DNA of 45,395 nucleotides. Source: an uncultured bacterium (GTDB taxonomy: Bacteria > Patescibacteriota > Minisyncoccia > Phycocordibacterales > PALSA-1337). Positions within the stretch are counted from its first letter, which is position 1, and each line of letters starts with the position of its first letter. The notes beneath the pieces are model-generated. The model searched no databases, was not told the origin of the DNA, and saw nothing but the letters and a program-made list of their open reading frames with translations. Below are positions 1 through 9,639 of this stretch, piece after piece. Location: NCBI GenBank assembly GCA_903870315.1, contig CAIQCJ010000032.1, forward strand, positions 1 through 45,395, read 5' to 3'. The translations under genes and the position numbers were made by a program.

Positions 1-135
1 GACCAATTCATTGGACGGTTATTGGAGTCGCCTCAAGAATCTTTTAGGCGCGCATCGCGGAAAAAGCAAAGAAAGAATCAGGAAGATTGCTACTGAAATA
101 CTACGCAAACAGACTGCTTAAATTACCATTAGACC
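1..135 (+). mobile_element. Right end of an insertion sequence (transposase C-terminus, stop at 119-121, followed by a putative terminal inverted repeat ending at about 135)
   Basis: Frame starting at base 2 reads TNSLDGYWSRLKNLLGAHRGKSKERIRKIATEILRKQTA*, resembling the 'TNxLxGxxxxLKxxxxxHRG' C-terminus of DDE transposases. QueA similarity begins abruptly right after ...CCATTAGACC. Confidence 0.65.
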
Positions 136-1043
136 TAAATGATACACAAGTCATACCGGCCAGACTAGAGCTTACGAAATCGACTGGTAAAAAAGTGAAG
201 ATACTTTTTCTAGTTAATGAATTATCTGAAGAGATTGTAGGTGAAAAGGCACAAGTGAAAGGTTTACCTGATAAGAGATTGGATATTGGAGACAGTCTGT
301 ATCTCGATGATCATCCGATAGCCGAAGTGGTATCACAAGACAAAGAAGAGTTCACTTTCAATCTGCTAGTGTCACTGGATTATTTCAGGAAAACTTTGGA
401 AGACCGAGGTCTTACACCACTACCACCATATATACACTCTTCACTAAGTGAGGGTGATGTACGTGAGAAATATCAGACTATATTTTCTGAAACCAATCCA
501 CTTGCTTCGGTGGCGGCGCCGACAGCTTCTTTACATTTTACGGAAAGAGTTTTTTGTTCTCTTGAAGAAAAGGGCATAGAAAATACGCGTGTCACTTTAC
601 ATGTCGGAAGAGGCACCTTTTCTCATATTAATGAAGACACAAAACAACTTCATAGAGAACCGGTATATATCTCTAGAGCTTCCGCAGAGAAGATAGCGGA
701 TGCTAAGAGGCACGGTCGAACAGTTATATCTTCTGGTACTACAGCCACCAGAGTCCTTGAATCATCCGTCAGATTCATACTGGATAATAACCAGCCAGAT
801 GATCGAGAAGGACAGAGTGATCTGTCTGGTTTTACTTCTATATTTATAAAACCGTCTTACGATTTCAAGATAGTAGACGCTCTTATGACCAACTTTCACC
901 TTCCCAATACGTCGCTTCTTATGTTGTTGGATGCATTTTTACAATACAAAAAATCTACCAAAACTTGGCGTGACATATATGAATATGCTGTCGAAAACAA
1001 ATTTAGGTTCTATTCTTTCGGAGATGCTATGTTAGTGATATAA
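135..1043 (+). pseudogene. queA: S-adenosylmethionine:tRNA ribosyltransferase-isomerase, 3' portion (N-terminus missing, apparently IS-interrupted)
   Basis: Motifs NDTQVIPARL, PLPPYI, YQTIF, SVAAPTASLHFT, TLHVGRGTF, TNFHLPNTSLLML, YSFGDAMLV. The usual N-terminal DYxLPxxLIAQ segment is absent. Confidence 0.75.
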
Positions 1044-1051
1044 TCATCCCC

Positions 1052-1711
1052 ATGAACACAAAACGCATCATATTCTGGGCCTGTTTCTTAATAGTGCTAG
1101 CTCTTATCGTGTGGGGTCTAGCTGTGGCTATGAGTCGCTCTTTACCAACTGATGGATCGATAGCTGGGACACCAGCACCAGTGACAGCATCGGATCATGT
1201 ACAAGGTTCTGTTACTGCACCAGTGACAGTTATAGAATATAGCGATTTCCAATGCCCAGCTTGCGAGAGTTTTTACTGGTCTGTATCCAGACTTCTTCAA
1301 GAAGAATCTTCTACCACACTACGTTTAGTATATAGACATTTTCCTTTGCCACAACACGCAAATGCTATACCAGCGTCTATGGCTGCAGAAGCGGCTGGTT
1401 TGCAAGGCAAGTTCTGGGAGATGTATGATCTTATTTTCAAAAATCATACAGATTGGACTGAATCTTCTGACCCAACCAAAGTATTTATAGGGTATGCAAC
1501 TACTCTTGGTCTGGATATAAACAAGTTTATAACCGATCTGAATAGCCCTATCTCTAGACAGGTTATAGACTCTGATATACAGAGTGGTCAAGTTGCTGGT
1601 ATCAATGCCACACCAACATTTTTTATCAACGGTAAAGCTATAGTAAATACATCTTCATATGCAGATTTCAAAAAACTTATTGACCAGGCCGCTTCAGTCA
1701 GTTCACGTTAG
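1052..1711 (+). CDS. Membrane-anchored DsbA-family thiol-disulfide oxidoreductase
   Basis: N-terminal TM helix; EYSDFQCPAC, YRHFPL, GINATPTFFING. Confidence 0.9.
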   Translation: MNTKRIIFWACFLIVLALIVWGLAVAMSRSLPTDGSIAGTPAPVTASDHVQGSVTAPVTVIEYSDFQCPACESFYWSVSRLLQEESSTTLRLVYRHFPLPQHANAIPASMAAEAAGLQGKFWEMYDLIFKNHTDWTESSDPTKVFIGYATTLGLDINKFITDLNSPISRQVIDSDIQSGQVAGINATPTFFINGKAIVNTSSYADFKKLIDQAASVSSR

Positions 1712-2147
1712 TCTTGCTATAGCTGTTTTGGTTGTGGCCTTGATTGGTTTTGCCGATGCTTCTTATCTGGTTATAGAACATTATCAGGGCGTTGTCCCAC
1801 CATGTAGTATTACTGGAGGTTGTGAGAAGGTCTTGACCAGTTCATATTCTGAAGTTTTGGGTATACCAGTATCATTACCCGGAGCATTGTTCTATCTACT
1901 GGTTGCCGCCGGAGCTCTGGCGTACATAGAGGGTAGACATGAGAAGATATTTCGCTACTCGCTTCTTCTGACAGTGTTTGGTCTTCTTGCTTCTTTGTGG
2001 TTTGTTTTTTTACAAGCCTTCGTGATACATTCATATTGTGCATATTGTCTAGGATCTGCTATAACATCTACAATGCTGTTTATATTGGCCGGCTTCATAT
2101 TTAAGATATATGGCAGACAAGAAGATGTACAGGTAGAATCAGTATAA
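1659..2147 (+). CDS. Vitamin K epoxide reductase (VKOR) family protein
   Basis: CSITGGCEKVLTSSYS loop, CAYC redox motif, several TM helices, adjacent to DsbA. Confidence 0.9.
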   Translation: MQISKNLLTRPLQSVHVSLAIAVLVVALIGFADASYLVIEHYQGVVPPCSITGGCEKVLTSSYSEVLGIPVSLPGALFYLLVAAGALAYIEGRHEKIFRYSLLLTVFGLLASLWFVFLQAFVIHSYCAYCLGSAITSTMLFILAGFIFKIYGRQEDVQVESV

Positions 2148-2157
2148 AATCAATAAG

Positions 2158-3129
2158 ATGGATTATGAACTCATAGATTCGGGTGACGGGGAAAAATTAG
2201 AACGCTTCGGCGAAGTGGTTTTGGCGCGTCCAGATCCTCAGGCCTTGTGGCGCAAACTTTTGCTAGTGACAGAATGGAAAAAAGCTGGTGGTACTTTCAA
2301 TCATGGAGATAAAGATGGTGGTAGATATAGTAACAGTAAGGAGGGTGGTTGGTCTCTCAAGAAAGATATTCCAGATCGTTGGAAGATCGATTTTGCTGGA
2401 CTTAATTTTTGGATCAAACCAACACCATTCAAACATGTCGGTTTATTTCCAGAACATATTTCGAATTGGGACTGGATGCGAGATCTGATTCGACAAAAGG
2501 TCAGTTCGACGGATAGACAATTAGACACACAAAAAACAGATACAGAAAAAAGTTCAGATATAGAAATTTTGAATCTTTTTGGTTATACAGGTGGAGCTTC
2601 TCTTGCTTGTGCACAAGCTGGCGCCAAGGTCGTTCATATAGACGGCTCGAAAGCTGCTATAGCTTGGGCTCGTGAAAATGCCGAACTTTCAGGTTTAGAC
2701 AAGAAACCGATTCGTTGGATACTTGACGATGCTCGAGCTTTTGTAAAGCGCGAGATCAAACGCGGACGCAAATACCACGGAATCATCATGGATCCACCAT
2801 CTTTCGGACATGGTCCAGACAATGAAGTTTGGAAGATCGAAGACGACTTTTTACCACTTATCGAGATGTGTTTTCAGATATTGGTAGACGATATCTCAAC
2901 TGGCGATGGTTCAATAGGAAATACTAAGCCACTCTTTTTCTTAGTAAATGGCTATGCTGCTGGATATTCTGCTATTGCTTATGAAAACGTTCTACGTCCA
3001 CTGGTTACTAAGTATGGTGGCAAGATAGAAAAAGGGGAGTTGGTTGTGAAGGAAAAAATTTCTAATAAAGAAAAAGGAAGCGACGGGAGGTCGCTTCCTT
3101 GTGGCATTTTTGCCAGATGGTCAGCCTAG
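2158..3129 (+). CDS. Class I SAM-dependent methyltransferase (RlmI/RlmK-like)
   Basis: YELIDSGDGEKLERFG, LNLFGYTGGAS, IIMDPPSFG. Confidence 0.85.
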   Translation: MDYELIDSGDGEKLERFGEVVLARPDPQALWRKLLLVTEWKKAGGTFNHGDKDGGRYSNSKEGGWSLKKDIPDRWKIDFAGLNFWIKPTPFKHVGLFPEHISNWDWMRDLIRQKVSSTDRQLDTQKTDTEKSSDIEILNLFGYTGGASLACAQAGAKVVHIDGSKAAIAWARENAELSGLDKKPIRWILDDARAFVKREIKRGRKYHGIIMDPPSFGHGPDNEVWKIEDDFLPLIEMCFQILVDDISTGDGSIGNTKPLFFLVNGYAAGYSAIAYENVLRPLVTKYGGKIEKGELVVKEKISNKEKGSDGRSLPCGIFARWSA

Positions 3130-3662
3130 GTGGCTGGCATCAACATGCGCATCTCTGAGATCGCTTCACCCATACTGATTCCAGTGATATCCTTGAAATC
3201 TTTTGATGACTCTTTGGTAAAGAGTATCGAATGATTCTCATACTTGGGATTTTTCTGGATAGTTTGTTGCACAAAACTCTTGAGCATTCTGACTATGAAC
3301 TTGTAATAAAGTTCGAAGACACGTTCTTCTATAGATGTGAATCGGACCAGATTTTCAAGTTCAGCATCGAACATGTCAAACCGGAAATACTTTGTCTTAG
3401 GCGTGTAGTACACTATCGCCTCAAGTAAAGTATCTTCTAGTTCAGTGTCGGTCGCGAGTATGAACTCTCTTCCAGCACCACGAACACTCTTGGTCGCGTC
3501 ACTGATCCAGAAGAAGACTCGTACAGAATACTCCTTTTCTCTGATTTCTAGACATCCTCGGCAACTATCATTGCAGTAACTTTCTACGAGCATGAATCCA
3601 TGTGATCTTTTCACTATAGGTATCTCGTAGACCCTAGCATACAGCTTAGATCTTACATTCAT
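3126..3662 (-). CDS. Hypothetical protein
   Basis: Long ORF; the ATG at 3662 is preceded by an AAGGAGG Shine-Dalgarno. No recognised motif. Confidence 0.6.
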   Translation of the reverse strand: MNVRSKLYARVYEIPIVKRSHGFMLVESYCNDSCRGCLEIREKEYSVRVFFWISDATKSVRGAGREFILATDTELEDTLLEAIVYYTPKTKYFRFDMFDAELENLVRFTSIEERVFELYYKFIVRMLKSFVQQTIQKNPKYENHSILFTKESSKDFKDITGISMGEAISEMRMLMPAT

Positions 3663-3773
3663 TTTTACCTCCTTGGGCATTCTAGTGGCATTGTCATAAT
3701 TAGTCAAAGAAGTATAATGGTATAGTAATGAAAGTCTTTATTAGTCAATAATTAATACTAAAAATATAAACTT

Positions 3774-4610
3774 ATGAATCCAGAAGAAAAAAAGTGTTGT
3801 GGTACAGATAATTGTAATAGGGGATGTCATAGTAAACACTCGCACAAGGTTCTAAAGGTGGTTGGTGTTTTGTTGGCTATATACCTGGCAGTGCTTTCCG
3901 TAAAGCAGTTGAAATCTATTGCTTATGTAGGTATAAATCCTCAGCAGAGCCATACTATATCAGTAGATGGAACCGGAGATGCTGTAGCTATACCGGATAT
4001 AGCTACGCTGTCATTTTCTGTCACAGAAACAGCTAAGACTGTCGCCGACGCGCAAGCTCAAGCCACAAAGAAGGTAAATGCTACTATTTCAGCACTGAAG
4101 TCTTCAGGTATAGCTGAAAAAGATATTCAAACAACTTCATACAATATAAATCCTCATTATGAATATCAGAACAGTGTCTGTTCTTCAAACGGTATATGCC
4201 CTCCTTCCAAGTCTATAGTCACTGGATATGATGTTAGTCAGAGTACAGATGTGAAGGCACGTGATCTTAAGAAAGTTGGTGACCTGCTTACTCTCATAGG
4301 ATCAAATGGTGTTCAAAATGTCAGCGGACCTTCATTCTCAGTAGATAATCCAGATGTCACACAAGTTGAAGCTCGCGCCAAAGCTATCAACAATGCTAAG
4401 ACAAAGGCTGAAGTCCTGGCTAAAGCTCTTGGGGTACACATAGTACGTGTTGTTAGCTTTTCAGAGACTGGCAATACACCATATCCTGTAAGATATGACA
4501 TGATGATGGCCGGCGCCGCTTCTACAAAATCAGCACCAGTAACTCCGGAGATATCAGTAGGACAACAGAAAGTTACGAGTAATGTCAGTATAACTTACGA
4601 GATAGAGTAG
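3774..4610 (+). CDS. SIMPL domain (YggE/DUF541) protein
   Basis: TISVDGTG...PDIATLSFSV, IAEKDIQTTSYNINP, AKTKAEVLAKALGV, VTSNVSITYEI. Confidence 0.9.
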   Translation: MNPEEKKCCGTDNCNRGCHSKHSHKVLKVVGVLLAIYLAVLSVKQLKSIAYVGINPQQSHTISVDGTGDAVAIPDIATLSFSVTETAKTVADAQAQATKKVNATISALKSSGIAEKDIQTTSYNINPHYEYQNSVCSSNGICPPSKSIVTGYDVSQSTDVKARDLKKVGDLLTLIGSNGVQNVSGPSFSVDNPDVTQVEARAKAINNAKTKAEVLAKALGVHIVRVVSFSETGNTPYPVRYDMMMAGAASTKSAPVTPEISVGQQKVTSNVSITYEIE

Positions 4611-4690
4611 TTGCTTTATTGCAGATCTATGTTATTCTTATGCGGTAACACCCCCGCAGGGGTTTTTTAATAGAAAACATCTTCAAAACC

Positions 4691-4867
4691 ATGGGAATTA
4701 TAAACTATTTCAAAGAGACAAAGTCAGAGTTGAGCCATGTCAATTGGCCTACTCGTGAGCAGACGATCAGATTTACATTGTTAGTTATACTGACATCTAT
4801 CGCTGTCGCTGCGGTCTTAGGCATCGCTGATTTCGTATTTTCTAGATTGCTGACACTCTTACCATAA
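4691..4867 (+). CDS. secE: Preprotein translocase subunit SecE (58 aa, not in the ORF track)
   Basis: Manual translation MGIINYFKETKSELSHVNWPTREQTIRFTLLVILTSIAVAAVLGIADFVFSRLLTLLP*: ELxxVxWP motif plus TM helix, directly upstream of nusG. Confidence 0.93.
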   Translation: MGIINYFKETKSELSHVNWPTREQTIRFTLLVILTSIAVAAVLGIADFVFSRLLTLLP

Positions 4868-4885
4868 CCTACCCCAACAATAGCT

Positions 4886-5431
4886 ATGTCAAAACAACAC
4901 ACAACAGGTGAGAGGAATTGGTATGCCATACATACATATGCTGGCTACGAAAACGCCGTTGCTCGTAACCTGAAGCAGCGTATAGAATCTCTTGGTATGG
5001 AAGGCAAGATATTTGCAGTTATAGTTCCGACTGAGAAGAAGATCAAGGTTAAGAGTAACAAGCGTGTCGAGGAGGAAGAGAAGATATATCCAGGTTACGT
5101 CCTAGTCGATATGATCGTGACCGACGACTCTTGGTACGTTGTCCGTAACACTCCTCGTGTCACAGGGTTTGTTGGTTCTGGTGTCTATCCAGTTCCACTA
5201 GAGAAGACAGAGGTAGATGCTTTGTTCGCACGTATGACCAAAGGCGGCATAGAACACACCATAGACTTATCTTCTAGTGACCTTATCAAGATAACTGACG
5301 GCCCATTCAAAGATTTTGAAGGTAAAGTCAGTGAAGTCGATACTCAGAGAGGTAAGATTAAGGTCTTGGTCTCTATGTTTGGACGAGAGACTCCAGTCGA
5401 ACTCGATTTCTTGCAAGTTAAGAAAGTTTAA
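4886..5431 (+). CDS. nusG: Transcription termination/antitermination factor NusG
   Basis: WYAIHTYAGYE, YPGYVLV, VRNTPRVTGFVG, KOW domain GPFKDFEG, SMFGRETPVEL. Confidence 0.97.
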   Translation: MSKQHTTGERNWYAIHTYAGYENAVARNLKQRIESLGMEGKIFAVIVPTEKKIKVKSNKRVEEEEKIYPGYVLVDMIVTDDSWYVVRNTPRVTGFVGSGVYPVPLEKTEVDALFARMTKGGIEHTIDLSSSDLIKITDGPFKDFEGKVSEVDTQRGKIKVLVSMFGRETPVELDFLQVKKV

Positions 5432-5487
5432 TGTAGGATACCCACACTAGATTCAAGTATAGATTCAGACACAAATAATACAACACC

Positions 5488-5910
5488 ATGGCAAAGAAAA
5501 TCATAAAAACAGTCAAAGTTCTAGCTCCGGCAGGAAAAGCAACTCCAGCTCCACCACTCGGACCAACCTTGGGTCAGGCCGGCGTTAATATCGGTGATTT
5601 CACCAAGAAATTCAACGATGCTACCAAGAATATGATTGGTGATATCATACCAGTCGTTATCACAGTCTACGATGACCGTACTTACAGTTTCGTCTTGAAG
5701 ACTCCTCCAGCGTCTAGTCTCATTTTGAAGGCCTTAAAGAAAGAGAAGGGTTCTGGCAAGCCAAACTTGAGCAAGATTGGTATCCTTACTAAGACACAAC
5801 TCAAGGAGATTGCTGAGAAGAAACTCCCGGATCTCAATGCTAACGACGTTGATGCTGCCATGAAGATTGTCGCTGGTACGGCTCGTTCTATGGGTGTTGA
5901 GGTTAAGTAA
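5488..5910 (+). CDS. rplK: 50S ribosomal protein L11
   Basis: [35 protein letters not shown]. Confidence 0.97.
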   Translation: MAKKIIKTVKVLAPAGKATPAPPLGPTLGQAGVNIGDFTKKFNDATKNMIGDIIPVVITVYDDRTYSFVLKTPPASSLILKALKKEKGSGKPNLSKIGILTKTQLKEIAEKKLPDLNANDVDAAMKIVAGTARSMGVEVK

Positions 5911-5931
5911 AGTTATATTATCTATATTTGT

Positions 5932-5966
5932 AAAGAAAATCCCGGCCTAGAGCCGGTTTTTTCTTT
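5932..5966 (+). terminator. Intrinsic terminator after rplK
   Basis: AAAGAAAA..CCGGC-ctaga-GCCGG-TTTTTTCTTT. Confidence 0.75.
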
Positions 5967-6043
5967 CAGAACACCCATTTTTTTTAGGTTGTATGGTTGT
6001 CTTTGTTGTGGTAAGTTTCAATATAGAAAGGTAGGTGATTTGA

Positions 6044-6544
6044 TTGGACACAATAAATGTGTTTTTGACATACCCTCATACAAACAGTCAGTCGAAGTTC
6101 TCTGTTTCCATGAAAGCTCTGCATGAACGTATCAGTGGATTGTCTGGCGTTGTTCTATTGGATAGTTGGAGACAAATATCGGGTCAACTTGGTGTAAGTC
6201 TTTCAGAGGCTTATAGTCGCGATATGGCAAATGTAAACAAAGCCGACCTTGTAGTGGCCATCTATGAAAATAGTGTAGGCAGTATTGATGATGTCGTCAT
6301 GGAGATTGTAAGGCGTTGTGAGGTCAGGAAACCAATCCGGATCTTTGTATCACATAAAGGCGCGGTTTCTCCAATCATCGAAGCTTGCATCGCTTATAAT
6401 AAAGTGCAAAAAGTCGGTCCGTTTGATGTACGAGCAGATGAGATACCTAATCCTACAAGGTATTTTCATGTAAATGGAATCTTCGAATTGGTAGCCGAAT
6501 GGGTCAACAAGAAGAATCTTATTTCAGGAGAAAATCCTGGCTGA
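6044..6544 (+). CDS. Hypothetical protein, nucleoside 2'-deoxyribosyltransferase/Rcl-like fold
   Basis: 'YSRDMANVNKADLVVA' resembles the NDT/Rcl 'D...v..aD.vva' segment. SD-like AGGTAGGTGA precedes the TTG start. Confidence 0.5.
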   Translation: MDTINVFLTYPHTNSQSKFSVSMKALHERISGLSGVVLLDSWRQISGQLGVSLSEAYSRDMANVNKADLVVAIYENSVGSIDDVVMEIVRRCEVRKPIRIFVSHKGAVSPIIEACIAYNKVQKVGPFDVRADEIPNPTRYFHVNGIFELVAEWVNKKNLISGENPG

Positions 6545-6569
6545 GCCAAGATTGTCTGTCAGCTATTGC

Positions 6570-6603
6570 ATCGCCGTAGTCCAAACTCTTGGACTACGGC
6601 GAT
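6570..6603. terminator. Perfect 15-bp hairpin between convergent genes
   Basis: ATCGCCGTAGTCCAA-actc-TTGGACTACGGCGAT. Confidence 0.7.
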
Positions 6604-6604
6604 T

Positions 6605-7108
6605 CTACTTTACATTATATTCTAGTAAAAGGGCACCACTCGTAGTCTTCTCAGAACTTACAAGTGTGAGTTTGTTGTCTAGGCCTTTATTGAATAGCTT
6701 CATACCAGCCCCAAATATCAAAGGCTCTATAGTGAGGTATAACTTATCTACAACACCACTTTCCATGAACATAGTGTAAATCTGTGATCCACCACAAATG
6801 GCGACTTCTTTGTAACCTCTATCAGCCAAGTCAGCCAACAGATCAGCTGGTGCCTTAGTGGTTGTTTCTACTCCAGCGATAGCGTCTGCACCGGTAAGCT
6901 TTTCTGGTGAATAGACGACGTTTAAGCGGTCTTTGAGCGGCTTACCAAGTGTTCTATAGGTATTTAAGCCCATAACCACAACACCTGCTCTCTTGGTGAT
7001 CTCTATAAAGCGCTTTTTGTCTTCCTTACTAGTCCAGGAAGCAGCATGTGCTGAATCTTTTCCTATAAAACCATCTGTGGTGAGTGCTGCAGAGATGAAA
7101 CAAATCAT
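6605..7108 (-). CDS. folA: Dihydrofolate reductase
   Basis: ISAALTTDGFIG, EDKKRF, VVVMGLNTY, PLKDRLNVV, ICGGSQIY. Confidence 0.88.
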   Translation of the reverse strand: MICFISAALTTDGFIGKDSAHAASWTSKEDKKRFIEITKRAGVVVMGLNTYRTLGKPLKDRLNVVYSPEKLTGADAIAGVETTTKAPADLLADLADRGYKEVAICGGSQIYTMFMESGVVDKLYLTIEPLIFGAGMKLFNKGLDNKLTLVSSEKTTSGALLLEYNVK

Positions 7109-7208
7109 GATATTTTCAGTATATCATTTTGATACGAAAAATGTCATCTGTCATGGTTGCGAATACCAGTGGTTGGATTATACTTGAGTATACATTAACC
7201 AAAATTTT

Positions 7209-7889
7209 ATGAATTCATTTGAAATAGAAATAAAAAGTTTATTGGGTGCCGAGGATGCAGCTATTGCATTCAAAAAGAGATTGCAGTCTGCACGACCAAA
7301 TATGAAATTGGTAGGAACGGGGAAGCAGCTGAATCATTATTTCAACCTAGCAAAAGATCTGAAAGCTCTGGAGGCTTCACTTGTCGGCGTAGTTCCTGCT
7401 GATAAAAAAGATTCCTTGAAAAATATTCTTGAACACGGAAACAAAATTTCTTTGAGAACTCGTGATGCAGACGGAAAAGTTATCTTGGTCATGAAGGCCT
7501 CTGTCGGAGGTGACACTAGTGCAAACGGTGTCCAGAGAATAGAGTTCGAGGCTGTCATGAAGGGGAAGACTTTGGACGAACTAGATAAGGCTCTACTTAG
7601 CGCCGGATGTACATATCAAGCCAAATGGTCGCGCGCCAGAGAAGAGTATGCAGACGGCGATATTCATATCTGTATGGACAAAAACGCTGGTTACGGATAT
7701 TTGGTTGAATTTGAGAAGGTTGTCACAAATGAGGCCGATACCAAAAAGGCTCATGCAGAACTTATATCTTTCATGAAGGAACTTGGTGTAGAAGAGTTGC
7801 CTCAAGAGCGCATAGAGAGGATGTTTGCTTTTTACAATGCACACTGGCCAGAATATTATGGTACAGAGAAAACATTTACTATTAAATAA
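7209..7889 (+). CDS. CYTH (triphosphate tunnel metalloenzyme) domain protein
   Basis: N-terminal EIEIK (ExExK) motif, QLNHYF, LRTR, GYLVEFE. Confidence 0.8.
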   Translation: MNSFEIEIKSLLGAEDAAIAFKKRLQSARPNMKLVGTGKQLNHYFNLAKDLKALEASLVGVVPADKKDSLKNILEHGNKISLRTRDADGKVILVMKASVGGDTSANGVQRIEFEAVMKGKTLDELDKALLSAGCTYQAKWSRAREEYADGDIHICMDKNAGYGYLVEFEKVVTNEADTKKAHAELISFMKELGVEELPQERIERMFAFYNAHWPEYYGTEKTFTIK

Positions 7890-7898
7890 TATAAACAA

Positions 7899-8513
7899 AT
7901 GTATTTAGCCGACGAAGATATAAAGAGAGCATTGAAAGATGGTGAGATCATCATAAACGATTTCGATGAAGCACGTTTGCAGCCAGCCAGCTACGATATT
8001 TTGCTTGGCAATAAGTTTATAGTGAGCAATACAGAGTCGACTATGGCTATAGATCCAGTGAATAAGATATTTCCTCAAACAAAAGAGATTGTCATAGGTG
8101 ATGATGAGATGTTTGTACTTCATCCTGGCATCAGTATTCTTGGAACCTCGGTTGATTATTTCGGTTCAGATAAATACCTCATACACCTCTCTGGTAAGAG
8201 TAGTTTGGCTAGGTTGGGGCTTATTATCCATAATACTGCCGGTATTATAAATCCGGGTCATTTTCTCAACATTACTTTTGAGCTATGCAATCTAAATCAC
8301 GTGCCTATTATCCTTCGACCACAGATGCGTATAGGTCAGATTCTTTTCTCGCAACTTACTAGTCAGCCGAAGAAGGATTATAAGACGACAGGAAGATATC
8401 ATGGACGCGATTGGCAACATTTCGTCGATCCAAAAGATGAAGAAGGAAAAGAAAAGATAAAAGAGGAAAGCAAAAAGTTGAAAGTTAAAAAGGGAAAGAA
8501 GGCGAAGAAATAG
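7899..8513 (+). CDS. dcd: dCTP deaminase
   Basis: LQPASYDILL, GKSSLARLGLIIH, TAGIINPG, ITFEL, MRIGQILF. Confidence 0.92.
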   Translation: MYLADEDIKRALKDGEIIINDFDEARLQPASYDILLGNKFIVSNTESTMAIDPVNKIFPQTKEIVIGDDEMFVLHPGISILGTSVDYFGSDKYLIHLSGKSSLARLGLIIHNTAGIINPGHFLNITFELCNLNHVPIILRPQMRIGQILFSQLTSQPKKDYKTTGRYHGRDWQHFVDPKDEEGKEKIKEESKKLKVKKGKKAKK

Positions 8514-8535
8514 TTTTATAAAGTAAATAAATAAT

Positions 8536-9492
8536 ATGAATCACCCAGAACAACAATATCTAGATCTTCTCAAGGATATTATGGAAAATGGGGTATTGAA
8601 GCATGATCACAACACCAGCGTCGGTTTGACTAGTGTCTTCGGTCGCCAGATGCGTTTTGATCTTTCCAAAGGTTTTCCTCTTCTGACTACGAAGAAAGTT
8701 CCTTGGAATAGTATTATGCATGAGTTGTATTGGTTCATGTCTGGTCAGACCAATGTTAAGTATCTCGTCGATCACAAGGTTCCTATCTGGACAGATTATC
8801 CTTACAAGATTTATAAGAAAAAAGCCGACAAAGGCGCGTTGCCTGCAATTACTCTAGAAGAATTTTCAGAGAAGATAAGAACTGATGAAGCTTTTGCGAA
8901 AGCTCATGGTGAACTTCCTCGCATATACGGTGAACAATGGAGAGCTTGGCCAGCTGCAGATGGTCGCAAGATAGATCAACTTTCTTGGGTTATAGATACA
9001 TTGAAGAATTTTCCAGAGCGCAAACACGCCATACTTTCTGCTTGGAATCCTCCATTTCTTTATGCTATGGCGAAACCAGGAGAAGCATTGGCATATCCTT
9101 TGTGTCATATTCTTTTCCATTTCAATGTTTCAGGAAATAAACTCTCGTGCTGTTTGTATCAGAGATCATGCGATATGTTTCTTGGTGTTCCATTTAACAT
9201 AGCGAGCTACGCTGCTCTCACCATGATCGTTGCGAAGATTTGTGGATATGAACCTGGAGAATTTATTCATACACTTGGTGACGCACATATTTACGAGGAT
9301 CATATGGAGCAAGTGAAAGAGCAGATAAAGAGGGAACCAAAGAAGTTTCCGAAGCTTGTTTTGAGTGATGAAATCAAGGATCTGGACAGTTTCCGTCCAG
9401 AGATGGTTACTCTCACTGAATACGATCCACACCCACTTCTTAAGGCTAAGATGACTGTAGCTGGAGGGTTTGATGAGAAGGATAGGAAATAA
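8536..9492 (+). CDS. thyA: Thymidylate synthase
   Basis: GFPLLTTKK, YGEQWRAW, PLCH catalytic Cys, YQRSCDMFLGVPFNIASY, GDAHIY. Confidence 0.96.
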   Translation: MNHPEQQYLDLLKDIMENGVLKHDHNTSVGLTSVFGRQMRFDLSKGFPLLTTKKVPWNSIMHELYWFMSGQTNVKYLVDHKVPIWTDYPYKIYKKKADKGALPAITLEEFSEKIRTDEAFAKAHGELPRIYGEQWRAWPAADGRKIDQLSWVIDTLKNFPERKHAILSAWNPPFLYAMAKPGEALAYPLCHILFHFNVSGNKLSCCLYQRSCDMFLGVPFNIASYAALTMIVAKICGYEPGEFIHTLGDAHIYEDHMEQVKEQIKREPKKFPKLVLSDEIKDLDSFRPEMVTLTEYDPHPLLKAKMTVAGGFDEKDRK

Positions 9493-9544
9493 GGTGCATA
9501 AAGACGCTTGCATGTCCTCCATGCGATGATAAGCGCCTCTCCCG

Positions 9545-9585
9545 GACCGGCGTCACACTCCCGTGCGGCGCCGGTCTTTTCTTTT
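9545..9585 (+). terminator. GC-rich intrinsic terminator between thyA and glyA
   Basis: GACCGGCG...CGCCGGTC stem followed by TTTTCTTTT. Confidence 0.75.
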
Positions 9586-9639
9586 CATGATAGAATTCAA
9601 ATATTAAGAGTCATTAATAATCCCCCTAATTATTAACCT

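Noticed and set aside
87..134. TTG 87 as the queA start
   Set aside because: These codons lie within the IS-like end and do not resemble the QueA N-terminus.
4705..4929. 74-aa minus-strand ORF
   Set aside because: It is the shadow of secE/nusG on the plus strand.
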